The notes beneath the pieces are model-generated. The model was not told where the DNA came from, made no database searches, and saw only the letters and a program-made list of their open reading frames with translations. A DNA stretch of 64,000 nucleotides from the human T2T-CHM13v2.0 reference genome, Homo sapiens. Both the position numbers and the translations under genes were made by a program. Of the stretch, positions 23,270 through 43,606 are shown piece after piece (position 1 is the stretch's first letter; each line of letters starts with the position of its first letter). The stretch is taken from the NCBI RefSeq assembly GCF_009914755.1, contig NC_060947.1. One strand, given 5' to 3'.

Positions 23270-23469
23270 CTTCACTCCCAAATCCAGGTGAGGCCCTGAT
23301 TAGGGAGCAGTGTTTACCATACAGTTCTTGGGCACTCTCCAGCAAGGGCACCCCCAGGACATGGGAAGGAAGCCACACAGTTTTGGCCCAGCAACTGTTT
23401 ACTCTGCCCGCTACCCTGCAGTTTTCTCTTTGAGGAAGACATAACAACTGCGGCTTTCATCATCATTGG
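23270..23469 (-). other. Candidate 200-nt exon, probably non-coding
   Basis: acceptor attttctttcag| and perfect donor AAG|gtaagt in unique sequence; stops in all three frames. Confidence 0.35.
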
Positions 23470-23555
23470 CTGAAAGAAAATCTCTTTGTTTACAAAAATA
23501 AAGGCTAAGATAGAAGCTGTTACTTAAGGTCAGTGACCTCTTTCTCCTGGCCTAG

Positions 23556-24022
<467 letters not shown>

Positions 24023-24620
24023 GCCAGGTAACTGATTTGCTAAGCCTCTCTTGTCTGATCTCTTATGGTTTTCCCTCTACCGGGCATTCTTTCTTCTGGT
24101 CTATATTTCTCTGATCATTTTAAGATGAGCAGAAGTTTTCTAAAAACTTCCCCCATCCCCAGCATCTATCTGATAGGTCATACCATCTGCCATGTGACAC
24201 ACACTGTCCTGTGTCTAGGTGAAGTGGATTTGCAGACACTACTCTGGTAGACAAGAAGAAGCGAAGACCTGAAGCACTGTTCCAAATATATGCTTTCTTT
24301 TTTTAGTACTACTTAGATTCTGTTTTTTTCCATTTTAAAGGTAAATTTATATACAGTAAAATTCACTCTTTTTAGTATACAGTTCTGTGAGTTTTGATAA
24401 ATGCATACAGTCGTGAAATTACTACTATAATTGACATATAGAAAGAGTCCCAAAACCCCAAAGATACCCTTAGACCCCATTCTATCAACCCCTCCCCCTA
24501 TTCCCAGCCTTTGACAAGTACTTATCTGTTTACTGGCCCTGTATTTTTGCCGTTTCCAGATTGTCATATAAATAGAATCATAGAGTATGTAGATTTTTGT
24601 GTCTGGGTTTCTTCATTTAG

Positions 24621-25153
<533 letters not shown>

Positions 25154-25361
25154 TAGTGTTCTACTATACTGATGTACCTCAATTTGTATAAACACCCACT
25201 GAGAGACATTTGGGTTGTTTTTAGTTTTTATCAATTATGAATAAGGCCCAAGTTTATTAATGAACAGGTTTTTGTGTGAACATAAAATTGCATTTCTCTA
25301 TGGTAAATAACCAGGAATGATATTGCTGGGTCCTATAGAAAGTACATGCTTAATCTTATAA

Positions 25362-25776
<415 letters not shown>

Positions 25777-26268
25777 CATTATTGTTTTAAATGTTATCCA
25801 TTATAATAGAAGTGTAGTGGCATTTCATTGTGGGTTTCATGTAAATTTCCTTAATAACTAATGATGCTGAACTTCTTTCCATGTGCTTATTTATCATCAA
25901 TATATCTTCTTTAATGAAGTGCCTCTTCAAATTCTTAGCCATTTATTAACTGGGTTGTTTGTTTTCATATTATTGAGTCTTGAAAATTCTTTTTTTAATT
26001 GAGAAACAACTCACATACCATAAAATTCACCCTTTTAATACACAGTTCAGTAGTTTTTCATATATTCACAAAGTTGTGCAACTATCCCCATTGTCTAATG
26101 TTAGAACATTTTTACACCACAACAAGAAACCCCTTGTCCATTAGCAGTCACAACTCCCCTTTCCCCAGGCCCTGACAACAACTAATCTAATTTCTGCCTG
26201 TATAGATTTGCCTATTCTGGTCATTATGTATAAATTGAATCATATAGTATGTAAACTGTTGTGTCTGA

Positions 26269-26647
<379 letters not shown>

Positions 26648-26684
26648 AGCTTTCTTTTTATGGCTGAATAATATTCCATTGTAT

Positions 26685-27018
<334 letters not shown>

Positions 27019-27116
27019 TTCCATTGTATGGATATGCCCCATTCTATTTATCCATTCATAAGTTAATGGACATTTGGGTTGTTTCCACTTTTTAACTATA
27101 ATGAAAAATGCTGCTA

Positions 27117-27209
27117 GCAAACCACTATGGCACATGTATACCTATGTAACAAACCTGCATGTTCTGCACATGTATGCTAGAACTTAAAGTATAATTAAAA
27201 CGAAAAAAG
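27117..27209 (+). mobile_element. Very short 5'-truncated L1PA 3' end
   Basis: ATGGCACATGTATACCTATGTAACAAACCTGCA...AGAACTTAAAGTATAAT; TSD AATGCTGCTA. Confidence 0.9.
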
Positions 27210-27642
27210 AATGCTGCTATAAACACCCATGTACAAGTTTTTGTGTGGACATATGTTTTTATTTCTCTTGTGTATACACCCAGGAGTGAAATTTCTGAGT
27301 CATATGATAACTCTATGTTCAACTCTTTGAGGAGTTGCCCAACTGTTTTCCACAGTTGCTGCACCATTTTACATCTCACCAGCAATGTATGGAGGTTTTA
27401 ATTTATCACCATCATTGCTAACATTTGTTATTGTTTGTCTTTATTATTATAGACATCCCAGTAGGTGTAAAGTGACATCTCACTGTGGTTTTGATACGGA
27501 TTTCCCTAATAACTAATGACGTTGAGCATTTTTTCATGTACTTATTGGCCATTTGCATACCTTTTTAAAATGTCTACTCAAGCCCTTTGTTCATTTTATT
27601 AATTGTATTGTTTTTATTGTTTAGGTTTAAGAGTTTTTTATA

Positions 27643-27952
27643 GGCTGGTGCTATGGCTCATGCTGTAATCCCAGCACTTTGGGAGGCCAAGGCAGGAGGC
27701 TCGCTTGAGCCCATATGTTTGAGACCAGCCTGGGCAACATAGCAAGACCCTGTCTCTACAAAAAAATTAAAAAAAAAAATTAGCTGGGCGTGATGGTATG
27801 TGACCGTAGTTCCAGCTACTTTGAAGACTGAGGTAGGAGGATCGTCTGATCCCAGGAGGTTGAGGTTGCAGTGAGCTGAGTGAGATCACACCAGTGCACT
27901 CCAGACTGGGCAACGGAGTGAGACTTTGTCTCAAAAAAAAAAAAAAAAAAAA
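27643..27952 (+). mobile_element. AluJ
   Basis: J diagnostics, TSD AAGAGTTTTTT. Confidence 0.93.
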
Positions 27953-28317
27953 GAGTTTTTTGTATATTCTGGATACAAGTCCCTTTTCAGATGTGTGATT
28001 ATCAGATATTATAATTTTCCCATTCTATGGATTGTCTTTTTAATTTCTCAATGGTGTCCTTTGAAGCATAGAAGTTTTACATTTTGATGTAACCCAATTT
28101 ATCTATTTTTTCTTTTGTTGCTTGTTTTTTTGGTGTCATTTTTAAAACCATTGCCTAATCCAAGCACGTGAAGATTTGTGCCCATGTTGCCAACAGTTTT
28201 ATAGTTTTCTCTCTTACGTTTAGGTCTTTGATCTATTGATTGCTTTTCATATATTGAACTGACCTCGCAATCTGGGATGAATCCTTTGTGTGCGTGTGTT
28301 TTGTTTATTTGTTTTGC

Positions 28318-29215
<898 letters not shown>

Positions 29216-29447
29216 ATCCTAATGGAGGATTTTAACAGGCCTATTAGAAACTAATAAATAAGACCAGTAAGTATATAGAAGAATTGGACAATACAATTAA
29301 CAAGCTTGAGAAAGCTGACTACCCAGCTCATTTTATGCGGTTAATATAATCTTGATACCAATAACAAAAAAGGAGAGTATGGGAAAAGAAATGTATGGGC
29401 CAATCACTGTTACAAATATAGGTACACAAAAAGAAAATTAGCAAACC

Positions 29448-29785
<338 letters not shown>

Positions 29786-29867
29786 AAAATTAGCAAACCA
29801 AATCCAGTAGGATGTGCATAGTTAGATAGACAAATATTTGATAGATTAATGGATAGACAGATACATC

Positions 29868-30125
29868 AAGAGGCAGTATGAGATGGAAGGTGAGGCAGTA
29901 GACTCTGAAGTCAGAAAGCCTACCTTTGTATCTCAGGTTCACCAATTATAATCTGTATAAACTTGAGCAAGTCAGTTAATCTATCTTTGCCTTAGTTTCC
30001 TCATATGCAAAATAGTCATAATAATAGTACCTACCTTATAGTTTTGTTGTGAGGCATCAATCAGTTAATATATGTAAATACTTAACATGGTCAATGTTAT
30101 AGAAGTGTTGGCTGCTATTATTTTT
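29868..30125 (+). mobile_element. MIR
   Basis: GACTCTGAAGTCAG...CTTAGTTTCCTCATATGCAAAAT...ATAATAGTACCTACC core. Confidence 0.85.
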
Positions 30126-30139
30126 GCTATTTTTATTAT

Positions 30140-31015
30140 TGAAGGACATCCTAGCCACAGAGTGGCCATGACTCACGGTCCCTCCACCAAGTTAACCAAA
30201 CTCAAGGTTAAGGGTACTGTCCTCCAGATGGCCAAGTCTGCCCAAGACTTCTGAGATCAGATGAGATGGGGCATGTTCAGGGTGGCATGGCCATAGACTG
30301 CCCAAGACTTCTGATACCAGCTTCAGGGAGTTTGCCCTTCTGCCAAGTCAATGGAAATTGTCCTGCAAGACTGCCTTCATATCAGACCTCAGCTGCAAGT
30401 TTGGGGTTCCCCAGAGCCACTCTCACTTCAGAGCAGCTGGCTACAAATTCTAGGGTCCCCACAGACCCCCTCAGATTCAATAATTTGCTAGAAGGGCTGA
30501 TAGAACTCTAGAGGAAAGCACTCAGCATAGCATTACTGTCTTATGGTAGTGAAAGGATACAAATGAGAGCCAGCCAAAGGAAGAGATGCACACGGTGAAA
30601 TCCAGGATAGTCTCAAACACAAAGCTCTGTCATCCTCAGGGACGTGTTACCCTCTCCACATCAAAGTGTGACAATACTCAAAAAATACTGCCAACCAGGG
30701 AAGCTCACCTGAGCCTTTGGTGTCCAAAGTTTTTATTGAGACTCTGTCACACACTGCCCATGTGGCCAATCTTTAGACTCCAGCCCTTCCCAAAGGTCAG
30801 GATGAGTTTGGTTTCCGGTTCTTCTGGAGGTCAGAACTGGTATGGCGTGGCTCAAAGCCCCCATCATAAATCACACGGTTAGATCATAGCCAAAGCCCCA
30901 GGGCAAACAAAGACATTCCTATCAGGCTGGACATTCCAGAGGCCTAGAAATCACCTCCCAGTAGCTGAGGGCAAAGGCTAAACTGCTCTTCGAGTAAAAT
31001 TAATTCTTCACTACA
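30140..31015 (-). mobile_element. MER21/MER77-family ERVL LTR
   Basis: antisense start TGTAGTGAAGAATTAA...GCCTTTGCCCTCAGCTACTGGGAGGTGA; TTCAATAATTTGCTAGAA motif. Confidence 0.7.
30248..30298 (-). pseudogene. 5S rRNA retropseudogene fragment (5S nt 1-51), tailless
   Basis: minus strand GTCTATGGCCATGCCACCCTGAACATGCCCCATCTCATCTGATCTCAGAAG matches human 5S at 44/51; 16-bp TSD. Confidence 0.93.
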
Positions 31016-31060
31016 AGGCTCCCAAATCCTTTTTAGCCTTACTCACACTTCCTTACCTCC

Positions 31061-31553
31061 GGTGGTAGATGGGCATAATAATGGTCCCCTATAAATCACA
31101 TCTCCCTACCGCCTAGCCATTACACTTTGCAATGAGATGTTGCCACTCCTCCTATCAAAAGGTAACATCTGTTTCTCCACCCCCTTGAATCTAAGTTAGC
31201 CACGTGACTTGTTTTGACCAATAGAAGGTGTTGAAAGTAGCACTGTGCACCCTCAGAGACTAAACCTTGACAGCCTATTCAGTTTTCACCTCTCTTCTCT
31301 TAGAAACCTACCTTGAGACCACCATGCTGATAGGAAGCTGGGTCGACTCCTGGAGTAAGAGAGGCCCTGTAAAGGAGAACCAAGTTATACCACTCAACAG
31401 CCAGCACCAACGACTTTGATGTTTGAGTGAAGCCATCTTTCCCCAGTCAATCTTCTAGCCGACTGCAATCACATGAATGAGCCCATGCCAAACTGTTGTT
31501 TTAAGCTACTAGGTACAAAAATAATTTGTCACACTGCAATAGATAATTGATAA
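31061..31553 (+). mobile_element. MLT1F/G-type MaLR LTR
   Basis: TCCTCCTATCAAAAGGT...CCCTTGAATCT...GTGACTTGTTTTGACCAATAGAA; GCAATAGATAATTGATA end. Confidence 0.75.
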
Positions 31554-31809
31554 CTTATAATTAATTGGTGTTTCTGTGGGGAAATATGAGTGAGTCTGTT
31601 CCTTTCAACTCTGAAAACTAAAAAACATAAATTGTTTCAAACTTTTAATTGTAAGGAAGAGCCCTGAATGGAATACCATTGTGCATGAAGTTCAGTCTGC
31701 ATTTTTAGTTATCTCCTTGTGAGAACACCCTTGGTCAAGTAGCGTGGATATTTCTAGATCTTTTTCTACATACTTCCAAAAGAATTTCCAGACACTGTAC
31801 TGAAGCTCA

Positions 31810-32166
<357 letters not shown>

Positions 32167-32294
32167 TAACGAAAAATGATGGAAACTCCCCCATAGAAGG
32201 CAGAGTGCTAAAACCCTACTTCTTGAAATCTGCCTCACCTACTTCTAGGGCCAGCCCTGATGATACCAGGAAGCTGAATAGATGGCAGGCTTCA

Positions 32295-32900
<606 letters not shown>

Positions 32901-33014
32901 TATTCTCTATATTGTTTGTGAACTTGTCACCATATAGGCAAGCCTTTAATGAGGACTATTTCCCTCTCTCCTGGTCATGAGGAAATGCCAGTAACAGACA
33001 AAAGGAGAGATTTA

Positions 33015-33351
<337 letters not shown>

Positions 33352-33729
33352 TCAGAATCAAAAGGGTCCATAACCCTCCACGCACTCCTCCTTGACTCAA
33401 AATGGTGTGTGGTCAGTGTACTCTCCGGGCTTGGGGGTAAGGTTGGGGGTGGGGATAAGGCTGAGCATTTGGCTTGAATTACTCAGAAAAGGGAAGTCTG
33501 GTAAGGCAGATTACTCTACGGGCTCCTGCTACAGCCTTTTCCCCCTTCGGTTAGGCAGCAGCATTTCCTTAATCACATGGCTTGAGAGATACCAACTCCC
33601 CATTAACTGCATGAACAAGGCCGCTTCTCAGTTTTTCCCTCTTGCCACTCATGTCAGACCCTCAGTATTACAGTCATCAGCTCAGAGAGGCCTCACACAT
33701 TTCCACAGTTTCTTGCACTGAACTGGAGG

Positions 33730-34085
33730 CTTTTAGGGGCAGATAACAGAAAGCCAATTGGAGTCACTTGTGCAAAAGAGGATTCATTGAAAGGACAGTG
33801 TGGGCCGCTCCTGGAATTAGGAGTTTTACTAAATAAACATGAGTCGCAAAAGCAAAATCAGGACAGCTCCAGAGACCTCACAGTTTGAAATGAAGTTCTT
33901 CAGAACCAGTAGGTTCTCCCTGCATTCTGTCCTCTATGCTTCTCTCTGTGCGTCTGTGATATGTTCTCAGACCAGCTTTTTCCCAGAGGCTGAGACAATC
34001 CTGGCAGCTCGGGGCCTCACATCCACAGTTTCACCACCCAATAGGAAAGTGGCCTCTTTCCTTTGTTCTAATTAAAATTATCCTG
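33730..34085 (-). mobile_element. Old MLT1 (J/K/L-like) LTR fragment
   Basis: TAACAGAAAGCCAA...GCAAAAGAGGATTCATTG and GGCCTCACATCC motifs; highly diverged. Confidence 0.45.
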
Positions 34086-34087
34086 AG

Positions 34088-34435
<348 letters not shown>

Positions 34436-34514
34436 TCAATGAAGTTCTCCTAGACTATTGAGGTATATAGAGCTATTTGACCCAAGCCAAGGGCACCAGG
34501 CTATACATGTTTTC

Positions 34515-34861
<347 letters not shown>

Positions 34862-35895
34862 ACGTTTTGATTTCTGATGTCGGTTTTAAGGTTTTGGTCT
34901 GGTATTCTCAGATGTTGTTTCCTACTGCTGTCACTGTGCCCCTCTCTAACAATTCTGCCCCTTAAACACCTCCCCACCTTGCTTATTTGCTAATTCTCAT
35001 CTACCAAGGATTGGGAAATCAGATGACCAAAAATTTTACAATATTGTGTAAAATATTTGCAACTTCAGAAGCTAGAATTTACTGCTGTGAGGTCATATAG
35101 CCTCTGAATGAAGGCTGGGAACTCATCTATGAATAAATGAGGAGAGCTCTTTAACACTTACCCAGATATTTCTAGGCACTTGTTATGTTCTTTCTTATGT
35201 TCACGCCTCAGTTCACAGATGTATTCTAGATGGTTGAGTTACCTAAAGTATAATTGTATAATAACTGAGGTATTTCTTTACTTCTTTTCTTCATGTTATC
35301 TCTTTGCTAGTTTATAATCTCTTCATTTTTAAGCATCCATTTGTCTGTGAGTTCTCTCTCAGCTAACTATTTTAGGCCATTTCCAACAAGTCAAAAACAT
35401 GGACCCCCTTTAAATCACTAAATGAATATGTGGGAGAGGGGGTGGAAATAGCATTAACATTCACATTGACCCAGCAGCTTCCTGCCACATAAAGAGAAAA
35501 TTGGAGAAGACGTTTTCAGTAGATAAATCACTATTAAAGACTGTGATTTCAAAACGAACTGTGGGCAGTGCTGGATCCTGGAAATTGATGAAAATACTTC
35601 ATTGTGAGGCAGAAGGCATGTAACAAAAACTGACATGGAATTAAGAAAAGATCTGAATTCAAACACATCGGATCTTGCTTTTACCGTAGATAAGAAAAAG
35701 AAAAAAAAATCAGCCCACTTCTCTGCTGTTAAATGATAGATTGAAATGACCATAGCCTACATATCCCAGATAGAAAGACCCACTGTGGAAACTTAATCTC
35801 CAAAAAGAGCAAGTCTGGCTTTGTTTACGCATGGCTAAACAACAATCCAATTGGTCAATTCAGGGAAAAATAAAACTGATGCTATGGCAAAATTA

Positions 35896-36790
<895 letters not shown>

Positions 36791-36816
36791 GTGGACAACA
36801 GGTATTGTTAGATCAA

Positions 36817-37181
<365 letters not shown>

Positions 37182-37899
37182 TAACCCTTTCTGGCATCTT
37201 CCCAAATGCATCAAGTTGTGTGACTATGCTGACAAGGTGCTTATTTTTGGATGAATGTGAGATGGGAAGAAAAGGAAGAGAAGAGGTGACTGGGCTTAAT
37301 TAGTGACTATCCCTTCCCAGAGGCCCAGCAGTGAGGAAGCTCCACTGAGAGCAATATTGCCTCGTAGCAAGTTTGGGTTTCATCAGAACAAGATCCCCAG
37401 AGCCAAGGACCAGGCAGAAGCCACTGTGGTGACAACTTCAGAGAACCCAGCCTGAGAGAGGAATTGAGAGAGCTCTGGGTCACAAAAAAGTGCCCCAGGG
37501 TCACTGAGTAGCCCTTCATATTCAACTACATTAATGACATCGAAAATAAGGTTTTAAATAAGATTGCTCTAAAAATAAGAGTAATCATGATAAATGCTTT
37601 AAAGTTGTTAGTCATTTTGGGCTTTGTAAAGTATAAATTCCGCATAAATTCCCTCATTTTCTGCTCTATTATGATAGAATTTCTGATTACTTTTCTACTG
37701 AATGGCAACTGAGGTCATTGCCAAGTTCATTTTTAAGGAGGAAATTGGGACAGTTTTGGAAAAGATGACTTCCTATGTTGTTGAGGGAGGCTCGGATAGC
37801 TGCTTGCAAATGGCGATTTTCATTGTTCAGGGTGAATTACTAGTTTTTTCATGAGTTTTCCCTGATACTTTAACTAGAAGTAATTGCTCCTTTTTCTTC

Positions 37900-38115
37900 A
37901 CTGTCATAGCACAATGATCACACCTTTATTTCACATTTGTTCAGTCCTGGGTGCCATTTTGGTTTGCTGTCTTTTTATATCCTTACCCTATTCCCCATCC
38001 TCACTCCACAATTGTGAACTCTGGAGCATTAAGAGCCATTTTGTTGAATTTTTATTTCCTAAAGCACCTAGCATGGTGCCTTGTATGTATATTTTTGTTG
38101 AGGAGTGAATATATG
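37900..38115 (+). mobile_element. L2 3' fragment
   Basis: TTGTGAACTC...AGCACCTAGCATGGTGCCT...TTTGTTGAGGAGTGAAT. Confidence 0.55.
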
Positions 38116-39278
38116 AAAACATTATATAGAAACCTCAACATAAAAAATGGGAAGACATATGAGCATCACACTCATAAACATGAAAGATGTCTCTCCTAAA
38201 CAGAGAAGACTAAGAAAAAATACAACAAAAGCACATAATCTTGTTTATCTATGGTATGAAGAAATATTCAATATCACCATCTATCTATTTTGATGAGCAT
38301 GTGCTTGGTGTATCTTAGTGGGCCTACATCAATATTTGCATCATTATCATCAGAAGAGAATAGATTTTTAATATTTTATAGCAATTTCATGACCATCTCA
38401 TTTGAAAATTGCATAGATATTATGAGAGACTCATTGTTTTAATAAGCAAGATTTATGGAAGACATTGCTAGTATCAAATGAAGAGGAGCCTCATCATACT
38501 TTCCTTGTAAATGACTTTTCATATTGCCAAGTCAATTATTACGGTTCTGAGACATTGAACCCAGAAAATCATTTCAGAGTCAGGAATGCTTGATTTGTAA
38601 GATAGGAAGCAAATGAATGTCTTTCCTTTGAATTATCATCCAAACCAAAGATAGACCAGCTATTAACTTTTGCAGAAAAGAGGACTCAAAGGCCAATGAA
38701 GTAAGACTAATTCTTTGCCTCATGGGCAAGAAGTTGATTGTCCAAGTAAAAAAGCAAATCGTGGGTTTCATGAGAGGGACAATATCTCTCACTCCATGAG
38801 CAGAAGATAGATGGTTTGGCTTTTTTGAGGTAATGGGGCACGGACAGCATGGCAGCGTAACCTTGAGCAGGAGGAATGAGAGCGGGTTTCCATGTGCCTG
38901 GATCATGGTGATGGGCCATCCTAGCTCAGTGCAGGCAGGACCACATTACTCCCATCCCCCTCTCCAAGAGCCAGCCTGCTTGCTCTTGATTTTCCACTCA
39001 CAGAAATATTCTCACTCAACTACCATGCAAATAGAGGAATCCTACCTTCTAAAAGGGACAAATACTTTTGCTCAAGAATTAAGCACCTCTGGGAGAAAAG
39101 AAGAGGGACAAGCAGATGCCATTTTTCTCCATCCTTGTGAGATGGGCACTGAATCAATGGAAAGGGGAAACTGAGAAGATCATCCTGAATTTGAGTGTTT
39201 GTTCTGCATGTAATTTGCATTGCCCCCCACCCAGCTCCCACAAAGAAGAACCAATGTTCATTATGGTAATAAATAAAA

Positions 39279-39490
39279 CTCCCGGGTTCAACCAATTCTC
39301 CTATCTCAGCCTCGTGAGTAGCTGGAATTAAAGGGGCCCGCCACCACGCCCAGATAATTTTTGTATTTTTGTAGAGATGGGGTTTCACCATGTTGGCCAG
39401 GCTGGTCTTGAACTCCTGACCTCAGGTGATACGCCCCACCTCGGCCTCCCAAAGTGCTAGGATTACAGGCGTGAGCCACCAGGCCTGGCC
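39279..39490 (-). mobile_element. AluS lacking 3' part and tail
   Basis: begins mid right arm at CTCCCGGGTTCAA. Confidence 0.9.
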
Positions 39491-39929
39491 AAAGCCCTTA
39501 TTTAGAGAAGCCAAGAAGCACTGGAGCTCAAGGCCTGTCCATGTCAGCTGGAGGTGAGGGATATGACACAAGATACAAAAAGCATCTACCACAGCTCCCT
39601 AAAGCAGCTGTAGCAGGCCAAACACACCTAGCCCAGAAGTGATTTGACCAGTTAAGTGCACAATGGCATATAGTTGACATGCCCACTCTGGCTCTGCTAT
39701 TTCTTACAGAAGCCAAGGTTTGCCAACAAAGGGATTTCCCACCTCTTCTGCAAGGAAACCGTGCCCCATATATTCTTTTTGACTTTTGTGTCAGTGAGAG
39801 TTGCCTGAATCAGCAAATGTCAATTGGGCGATCTGGTCCCAACTTATTTATTTTCTCTTGCCTGTCTGCAATGTTTGGGGTAAATGAGATTTTCTTGTGA
39901 AATGTGTAAAGCCTTGTTATTCTTCCTTT

Positions 39930-40095
39930 GTTTACCCTGCCTAGACTGTAATTTGTTTGCCAACAGGCTTACAGTAACATCTATCTTACTCATATCACTG
40001 TATCTCTGGTGCCCAGCACAACACCTGCCTGCCACTTAGTAGTTTCTTAGTAAATATTGTTGAATGAATGAATGAATGAACACATGAATGAGTGG
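39930..40095 (+). mobile_element. L2 3' end with (TGAA)n
   Basis: CACTGTATCTCTGGTGCCCAGCACA...TAAATATTGTTGAATGAATGAATG. Confidence 0.8.
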
Positions 40096-40328
40096 AGAAA
40101 TAATATTGTATCTCATTATGATCCTTTATTCACCATTTCTAGCACCTTAAACATTCCTATGGCTTCTATCCTTCCTATAGAATTCTTTTTTCCCTTTGAT
40201 ATTTTATTCCTGGTGTTTGGTCCAACCTCTGCCACATCACTCTAAGACCTGAGTTCATAGTCAACCTACACCTGGGAACTAAGAACTGGGGTGGGAGAGG
40301 ATGTCAGTCAGAGGGTTATAAAGACTCA

Positions 40329-40586
<258 letters not shown>

Positions 40587-40759
40587 TCAGGGGATTGTGG
40601 CATTGAAGACCTTGAGGGAGAGACTGGTGAAGGGAGCTTTTGATGCCTGCCTAAGGATAACTCTGATGATGATGTACTTGATGGCAAAAGTAAAAGACTG
40701 TTTAGTCCCATCGTCTGGACCCTATGAGTTTGTATGCTGGTCTAAAACTTGAGATCCTC

Positions 40760-41368
40760 TTTTTTTCTTTTTTTTTTTTTTTTGACGGAGTCTTGCTCTG
40801 TCACCAGGCTGGAGTGCAGTGGCGCGATCTCGGCTCACTGCAAGCTCTAACTCCCTGGTTCAAGTGATTGTCCTGCCTCAGCCTCCCGGTAGCTGAGATT
40901 ACAGGCACGTGCCACCACGCCCAGCTAATTTTTTTTTTTTTTTTTTTTTGAGACGGAGTTTCGCTTTTTCGCCCAGGCTGGAGTGAAGTGGCATGATCTC
41001 GGCTCACTGCAAACCTCCGCCCCCCAGGTTCAAGCAAATCTCCTGCCTCGGCCTCCCAAGTAGCTGGGATTACAGGCACATGCCACCACGCTCGGCTAAT
41101 TTTTGTATTTTTAGTAGAGACGGGGTTTCACCATGTTGGCCAGGCTGGTCCCAAACTCTTGACCTCAGGTGATCCACCTGCCTCAGCCTCCCACGGTGCT
41201 AGGATTACAGGCATGAGCCACCGCGCCCAGCCAATTTTTGTATTTTTAGTAGAGACAGGGTTTCACCATGTTGGCCAGGATGGTCTCTATCTCCTGACCT
41301 CATGATCCGCCTACCTCGGCCTCCCAAAGTGCTGGGATTACAGGCGTGAGCCACAGTTGCCCAGCCTG
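40760..41368 (-). mobile_element. AluSc-like host with nested AluS (40928-41232) in the linker
   Basis: right arm, full Alu, left arm; outer TSD GAGATCCTCTT. Confidence 0.92.
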
Positions 41369-41491
41369 GAGATCCTCTTCTAAATCATACAATAGAAAAT
41401 GACTCAAGTGATTATTTATTCAATTCTCCCAAAGATGGTATATAGCTAGCTCCATTCTAGAGAGATTGGAGAGAAATAAATTTATTACACA

Positions 41492-42261
<770 letters not shown>

Positions 42262-42275
42262 CATACAGTAGATCC

Positions 42276-43093
42276 TGTATTGGTCGAGGTTCTCCAAAGA
42301 AATGGAACCAATAAGATATATATAAATATGGAAGAGAAGATATATTATGGACATTTGCTCATGCAATGATGGAGGCCAAGAAGTCCCACAATCTACTGTC
42401 TGCAAGCTGGAGAACCATGAAAGCTGGTGGTGTAAGGCCTGAGAACCAAAGTAGAGGGGTGGTGCTGGTATCAGTTTCTGAGTCCGAAGCCCAAGAACCA
42501 GGAGCCCCAGTGTCCAAGAGCAGGAGAAGATAGATGCTCCAGCTCAAAGAGAAAGAAAGAGAATTTTCCCTTCCTCCATCTTTTTGTTCTATTTAGGCCC
42601 TAACAGAGGGGATGCTGCCCATTCACATTAGTAAAGGTAGATCTTTTTTTTATTATTATTTTTGAGACAGAGTCTCACTGTGTCACCCAGGCTGGAGTGC
42701 AATGGCATGATCTTGGCTCACTGCAACCTCCGCCTCCCAGGTTCAAGTGATTCTTGTGCCTCAACCTCCTGAGTAGCAGAGATTACAGGTGTGCACCACT
42801 ACGCCCAGCTAATTTTTGTATTTTTAGCAGAGATGGGGTTTCATCATGTTGCCCAGGCTGGTCTTGAACTCCTGAGCTCAAGCCATCCACCTGCCTCGGC
42901 CTCCCAAAGTGCCGGGATCACAGGCGTGAGCCACCACACCTGGCCTGGCAGATCTTCTTTATCTCAGTCTACCAATTCAAACGCTAATCTCTTCCAGAAA
43001 CACTCTCATAGACACACCCCAAAATCATGTTTTTACCAGGTACCTGGGCATTCCTTAGCCCAGTCAGGCTGACACATAAAATTAACCATTACA
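42276..43093 (-). mobile_element. MLT2 (B-like) ERVL solo LTR containing an antisense Alu (42645-42947)
   Basis: GGTTCTCCAAAGAAATGGAACCAATA...GACACATAAAATTAACCATTACA; TSD GATCC/GATAC. Confidence 0.85.
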
Positions 43094-43310
43094 GATACCT
43101 TAGGGTTTGATTCTCACAGGACCCAAGCTGAGAAAGTCTGGTCTATACTAAGATTTTCTTTTTGGTAATAAACACTGCCTTCTCACCTTCCCAAATATGA
43201 CAGGCATAGCTAAGTTTATACATAAATCCAGGTGACCTGATTGAGATCACACAGGCCACACCACTTCCACTCCCCAGTACTATATCATGACCATTCGCCA
43301 GATCATGAAC

Positions 43311-43606
43311 TTTTCTTTTTTTGAGATGGAGTTTCGCTCTTGTTACCCAGGCTGCAGTGCAATGGCACAGTCTCGGCTCACTGCAAACCTCCGCCCCGCA
43401 GGTTCAAGCAAATCTCCTGCCTCAGCCTCCCAAGTAGCTGGGACTACAGGCACCTGCCACCACGCCCAGCTAATTTTTGTATTTTTAGCAGAGACGGGGT
43501 TTCACCATGTTGGCCAGGCTGGTCTCAAACTCCTGACCTCAGGTGATCTGCCAGCCTCGGCCTCCCAAAGTGCTGGGATTACAGGCATGAGCCACCGCGC
43601 CCAGCC
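43311..43606 (-). mobile_element. AluS
   Basis: TSD CATGAACTTTTC. Confidence 0.95.

Noticed and set aside
38580-39174. Overlapping 70-113 aa ORFs in unique sequence
   Set aside because: No recognisable protein, ORFs on both strands, only weak splice sites
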